Both the position numbers and the translations under genes were made by a program. A stretch of DNA of 64,000 nt from the human T2T-CHM13v2.0 reference genome, Homo sapiens. Positions within the stretch are counted from its first letter, which is position 1; every line of letters begins with the position of its first letter. The stretch lies in assembly GCF_009914755.1 (NCBI RefSeq), contig NC_060931.1; one strand, 5' to 3'. Of this stretch, positions 56,698 to 64,000 are shown in pieces. The notes under the pieces were generated by a model. It saw only the letters and a list, made by a program, of their open reading frames with translations. It was not told the DNA's origin and searched no databases.

Positions 56698-57080
56698 TGT
56701 ATTAGCCTGTTCTCACACTGCTATAAAGACATACCCAAGACTGGGTAATTTATAAAGCAAAGAGATTTAAATGACTCACAGTTCTGCATGGCAAGGGAGG
56801 CCTCAGAAAACTTACAATTATGGTGGAAGGGGATAGAGAAGCAAAGGCACATCTTACATGGAGGCAGCCTAGAGAGAGAGTGAACAAGTGAAAGGGGAAG
56901 AGGTCCTTATAAAACCATCAGATCTCATGAGAATTCACTCCCTGTCGTGAGAACAGCATGGGAGAAACTGCTCCCTTGATCAAATCACCTCCCATCACGT
57001 CTTGCCCTCAATAAGTGGGAATTATGGGGATTACAATTTCAGATGAGATTTGGGTGGGGACACAGAGCCAAACCATATCA
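56698..57080 (-). mobile_element. MSTA/THE1D-type solo LTR
   Basis: TGTATTAGCC...AGCCAAACCATATCA; perfect TSD GTTTC. Confidence 0.94.
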
Positions 57081-57938
57081 GTTTCACTCGGTTTTGCAAG
57101 TTTACCATTAATCCTTGCAACTGCTGAGCTCTCTGCCTAAAATTAAAACAAATATTTGTTCCATAAGTGAATTTAAAAATTGATACTTTAAGAGTCCAAT
57201 TCTCTGTTTAAGAAACAAAATTGATGAACCTTTAAGTTTTTAAAATGTCTATCTCACGTTTTGCCTATTAACTATTTCATTGTATATGAAGCAACATAGA
57301 ACTACTTTTCTTCTAGGGCTAATATTGCAAACTCCAATGCTAGTCCATTACATCACTGTGCAATTATCTTTCTTTTTCACAACCTTACACTATAAGTGAG
57401 TGATATTTCAATGCAATTATCAGGAAATAAGAGGAAAAGAGATAACTGTCTGATTAGGCAGCAGTGTGGAATGGAAGGGGTCTCTTAGGATTGTGACTGT
57501 GATAAACCTTCTCTGAGATGCTGCTTTGCTCACATTGCAAGGGGCCTAACCCTGCAAGTTTCTTCAGTGTTTTCAGAGCACAAATATATGAATAATTAGG
57601 ATACCAAAATACGAAACGGAAATAATTTTGACTTAAATTTCCACTTAGTGGTACAAATGATTTAATTTGTAAAGCATTGAAATGTAATTTGGGGGCATTT
57701 ATTGAAATAAATACTATTAATTAAAGCTTGAAATAAATATGGAAATCTCTCTTAAGTGACATAAATCAAAGCAAATTTTCAGAGTGATATCATAAAATGT
57801 TCAGCAAGTGCCAGTCTCATTGAAGCAGCCTGAGATTGTGATACAGTGAACTTATTTATGCTGGTTCTACTTTATTATTATTCAAATTGTAATATATATA
57901 TATATGTATATATATATTTCTTACAATTTGAGGATACC

Positions 57939-60237
57939 TGTATTTGTCTGCTCACACACTACTATGAAGAAATACCAGAGACTGGGTAATTTATAAAGGA
58001 AAGAGGCTTAATTGACTCACAGTTCTGCAGTGCTGGAGAGACCTCAGGAAATTTACAATCAATGCAGAAGGCAAAGGAGAAACAGACACCTTCTTCACAG
58101 GGTGGCTGGACAGTGTAAGTGAAAGCAGGGAAAACACCAGATGCTTATTAAATGATCAGATTTCATGAGACTCACTCACTATCACAAGAACAGCATGGGG
58201 GAAACCACTCCCATGATCCAATCACTTCCATCCTTGGTCCCACCCTTAACATATGGAGATTATGGGAATTATGGGGATTACAATTCCAGATGAGATTTTG
58301 GGTGGGGACACCTCCAAACCATATCATTCGACCTCTGGCCCCTCCCAAATCTCATGTCCTCATATTTCAAAACACAATCAAGCCTTTCTAACAGTCCCCC
58401 AAAGTCTTAAATTATTCCAGCATTAACCCAAATGTCCAAGTCCAAAGTCTCAACTGAGACAAAGCAAGTCCCTTCCACCTACAAGCCTGTAAAACCAAAA
58501 GCAAGCAGTAACTTCCTAGATACAATGAGGGTACAGGCATTGAGTAAATATACCCATTTCAAATGGGAGAAATTGGCCAAAATGAAGGAGCTATAGGCTC
58601 CATGCAATTCCAAAATACAGTGAAGCAGTCAAATCTTAAACCTCCGAAATAATCTCCTTTGACTTCATCACTCATATCCAAGTGACACTAAGCCAATAGG
58701 TGGGCTCCCACAGCCTTGGAGAGCTCCACCCCTGTGGCTTTGCAGGATACAGCACCCCTCCCGCTGCTTTCATGAGCCAGTGTTGAATGCTTGCATCTTT
58801 TCCAGGTGCACAGTGTAAGCTGTTGGTGGATCTACAGTTCTGGGGTCTGGAGGACAGTGGTCCTCTTCTCACAGCTCCCCTAGGCAGTGCCACAAAGGGG
58901 ACTCTGTGTGGGGGCTCTGACCCCACATGTCCCCTTTGCACTGCTCTAGCAGAGTTTCTCCATGAGGGCTCCAACTCTGCAGCAAACTTCTGTCTGAACA
59001 TCCAGGCCTTTCCATACATCCTCTGAAATCTAGGCAGAGGTTCCCAAATCTCAATTCATGACTTCTGTGCACCTGCAGGTCCAACACCATGTATAAGCCA
59101 CCAAGCCTTGGGGCTTGCACCACCTGAAACAATGGCCTGAGATATATGTTTTCCCCTTTTAGCTGTGGCTGGGATGTAGAGCACCAAGTCCTAAGACTGC
59201 ACAAAGCAGCAAAGCCCTGGGCCTAGCCCATGAAACCATTTTTTGCTCCTAGGTCTCTGGGCCTGTGATGGGAGGGACTGTCATGAAAGCCTCTGATATG
59301 CCCTGGAGACATTTTCCCTATTGTCTTGTCAATTAACATTTGGCTCCTAGTTACTTATGCAAATTTCTGCCACCTACTTGAATTTCTCATTAGAAAATGT
59401 TTGTTTGTTTTTTCTGTCACATCATCAGGCTGCAAATTTTTCAAACTTTTATGCTCTGCTTCCTCTCTTGAACACTTTCTGGCTTAGAAATATCTTCCAC
59501 CGGATACCCTAAATCATTCTCTCAAGTTCAAAGTTCCACAGATCTCTAGGGCAGGGGCAAAATGTCACCAGTCTCTTTGCTAAAGCATAGCAAGAGTCAC
59601 CTTTACTCTAGTTCCCAACAAGTTTCTCATCTCCATCTGACAGCACCTCAGCTTGGACTTCATTGTCCATATCATTATGAGCATTTTGGTCAAAGCCATT
59701 CAACAAGTCTCCAGGAAGTCCCAAACTTTGCCTCTCTTTTTCTGAGCCTTCCAAGCTGCTCCAACCTCTGCCTGTTTCCCAGTTCTAAAGTTGCTTCCAC
59801 CTTTTTGGATATATTTATAGCAGCACCCCACTTCTGGTAACAATTTATTAGTCTGTTCTCACACTGCTATGAAGAAATACCAGAGACAGAGACTGGGTAA
59901 TTTATAAAGGAAAAAGGTTTAATTCACTCACAGTTATGCATGGCTGCAGAAGCCTCAGGAAACTTATAATTATGGCAGAAGGCAAAGGAGAAACAGGCAC
60001 CTTCTTCACAGGATGGCAGGACAGAGTGAGTACAAGCAGGGGAAATGCCAGATGCTTATTGAACCATCAGATCTCATGAGACTCACTCACTATCACAAGA
60101 ACAGCATGGGGGAAACCACCCCCCTGATCCAATCACTTCTACCCTTGGTCCCACCCTTGATACATGGGCATTATGAGAATTATGAGGATTACATTTCAAG
60201 ATGAGAATGTGGGTGAGGACACAGTCAAACCATATCA
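57939..60237 (-). mobile_element. Two-LTR MaLR element (THE1D-type): 3'LTR 57939-58326, internal 58327-59845, 5'LTR ~59846-60237
   Basis: Two same-orientation LTRs ending AAACCATATCA with THE1-int sequence between; TSD ATACC/ATGCC. Confidence 0.93.
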
Positions 60238-60554
60238 ATGCCAAAAAACAAATCATAGGTTATAGAACCCAAAGCTTATCATTAAATGATTAAAAGCTAA
60301 ACTAAAATATGAATGTGCCAATATATATGATTTTTAAACCTAATTCCAGCCAGCTACTTTAATAACTATATAAAGAGCAAAACCTCACATAGAATGGTTT
60401 TACTAAAGTGTAGATCTCATTCCATCCCAAATTCCACTTATTAATGTGTTGGTAAAACTAACAGGCTATTTAAGCAGAGAACAATCAAAGCTATTTATTT
60501 CTGGTTATAGTAAATACAGAAGCAGATTTAGATGATAACATAGCATTTATAAAA

Positions 60555-60800
60555 TAGCAGCAGTTTCATATTTACTGAGCTCTTACTATGTGCCAGATAC
60601 CTTTCTACAAATTTTATGTGTACTAAGTTATGTCTTCTGTTATGTAATTCTCACAACAATCTCTTAAAGTATGTATTATTATATTGTTATCTCTCTCAGA
60701 TAAATAGTTTATTATTTTTCTTAAGCTCACTTAACTAGTAAATAGACTATTAACACAGAAAATCAGACTCAAGGGCCTATGCTCTTAACCACAATATTGT
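60555..60800 (-). mobile_element. MIR
   Basis: ATTTACTGAGCTCTTACTATGTGCCAG...TAATTCTCACAACAATC...GCTCTTAACCAC. Confidence 0.8.
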
Positions 60801-60822
60801 GTTTGACTGTATCAGGATATAC

Positions 60823-60955
60823 CTGCTTGAAGAGGTCACGAGAGGCTACCTGATTATAAGAAGGCTCATAAAAAATTGATTTGTGATCCAGCTGATGATA
60901 AGGCATATTAAACTTGCCAGCAAACTTAGATATTACCACTTGCACATGGCTCTTT
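60823..60955 (-). CDS. Candidate exon (KSHVQVVISKFAGKFNMPYHQLDHKSIFYEPSYNQVASRDLFKQ) of the unidentified spliced ORF
   Basis: Acceptor CCTAAT...GTTTTGTTCGAACTGTCCATCAG|AAAG with branch-like CTAAT ~30 nt upstream; weak donor CAG|GTATAT (alternative CAG|GTAGCC, same phase); 44 open codons, ATG at 60906 with A at -3. Confidence 0.28.
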
Positions 60956-61242
60956 CTGATGGACAGTTCGAACAAAACCCCAAATTAGGTTGAATCATAA
61001 TTCTATTATGAATGTGGAATCAGAACAAGAGAGATCTAGTATTACTAAAGGTATTCTTCAAGATTCAATAGGATGGTGAATAGGTTATTTACCCTCAGAA
61101 TTTTTTTTTTATAAAAGGTACTAGTCATTTATAGTCCTTTTTCCATGATATTCTTTTCATATTAATAGACATTATAATATTTTCCCCTCGTATTAATACT
61201 TTTGTGACTCCTCATCTCCTTTAAATAATTAAGAATTTTTTT

Positions 61243-64000
<2,758 letters not shown>

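Noticed and set aside
58672-59204. ~110-aa ORFs in the THE1 internal region
   Set aside because: Degenerate MaLR internal sequence; no intact gag/pol is recognisable

Overview
Primate, most likely human, genomic DNA: AT-rich, CpG-poor, with AluY/AluS/AluJ, L1PA/PB/MA/ME and THE1/MST elements. Most of the window is nested interspersed repeat. This includes a TSD-flanked, internally deleted full-length L1PB (~456-7739), several large L1M/L1MA relics, a rearranged L1PA at the right end, about 15 Alu/FAM copies, six solo MaLR LTRs plus a two-LTR THE1D-type element (57939-60237), MER1B, MER3, MER102, MER67, L2 and MIR. I recognise no known protein-coding gene, RNA gene or CRISPR array; nearly all ORF-track entries are repeat artefacts or dead L1 ORF1/ORF2 pieces. 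The main hypothesis is three short unique segments on the minus strand (60955-60823, 40819-40734, 19806-19578). They have plausible splice sites, join in frame into a stop-free ORF of at least 132 aa, and are followed by AATAAA and a GU-rich element. Other notable structures are a 50-bp polyadenylated orphan insertion with a perfect TSD, a ~430-bp probable 3'UTR retrocopy beside a palindromic VNTR inside the L1PB, an exact 48-bp templated copy inside an old L1, a twin-primed L1, and a permuted L1PA junction. Repeat subfamily names and the boundaries of old elements were assigned by eye from remembered consensus sequences and are approximate.
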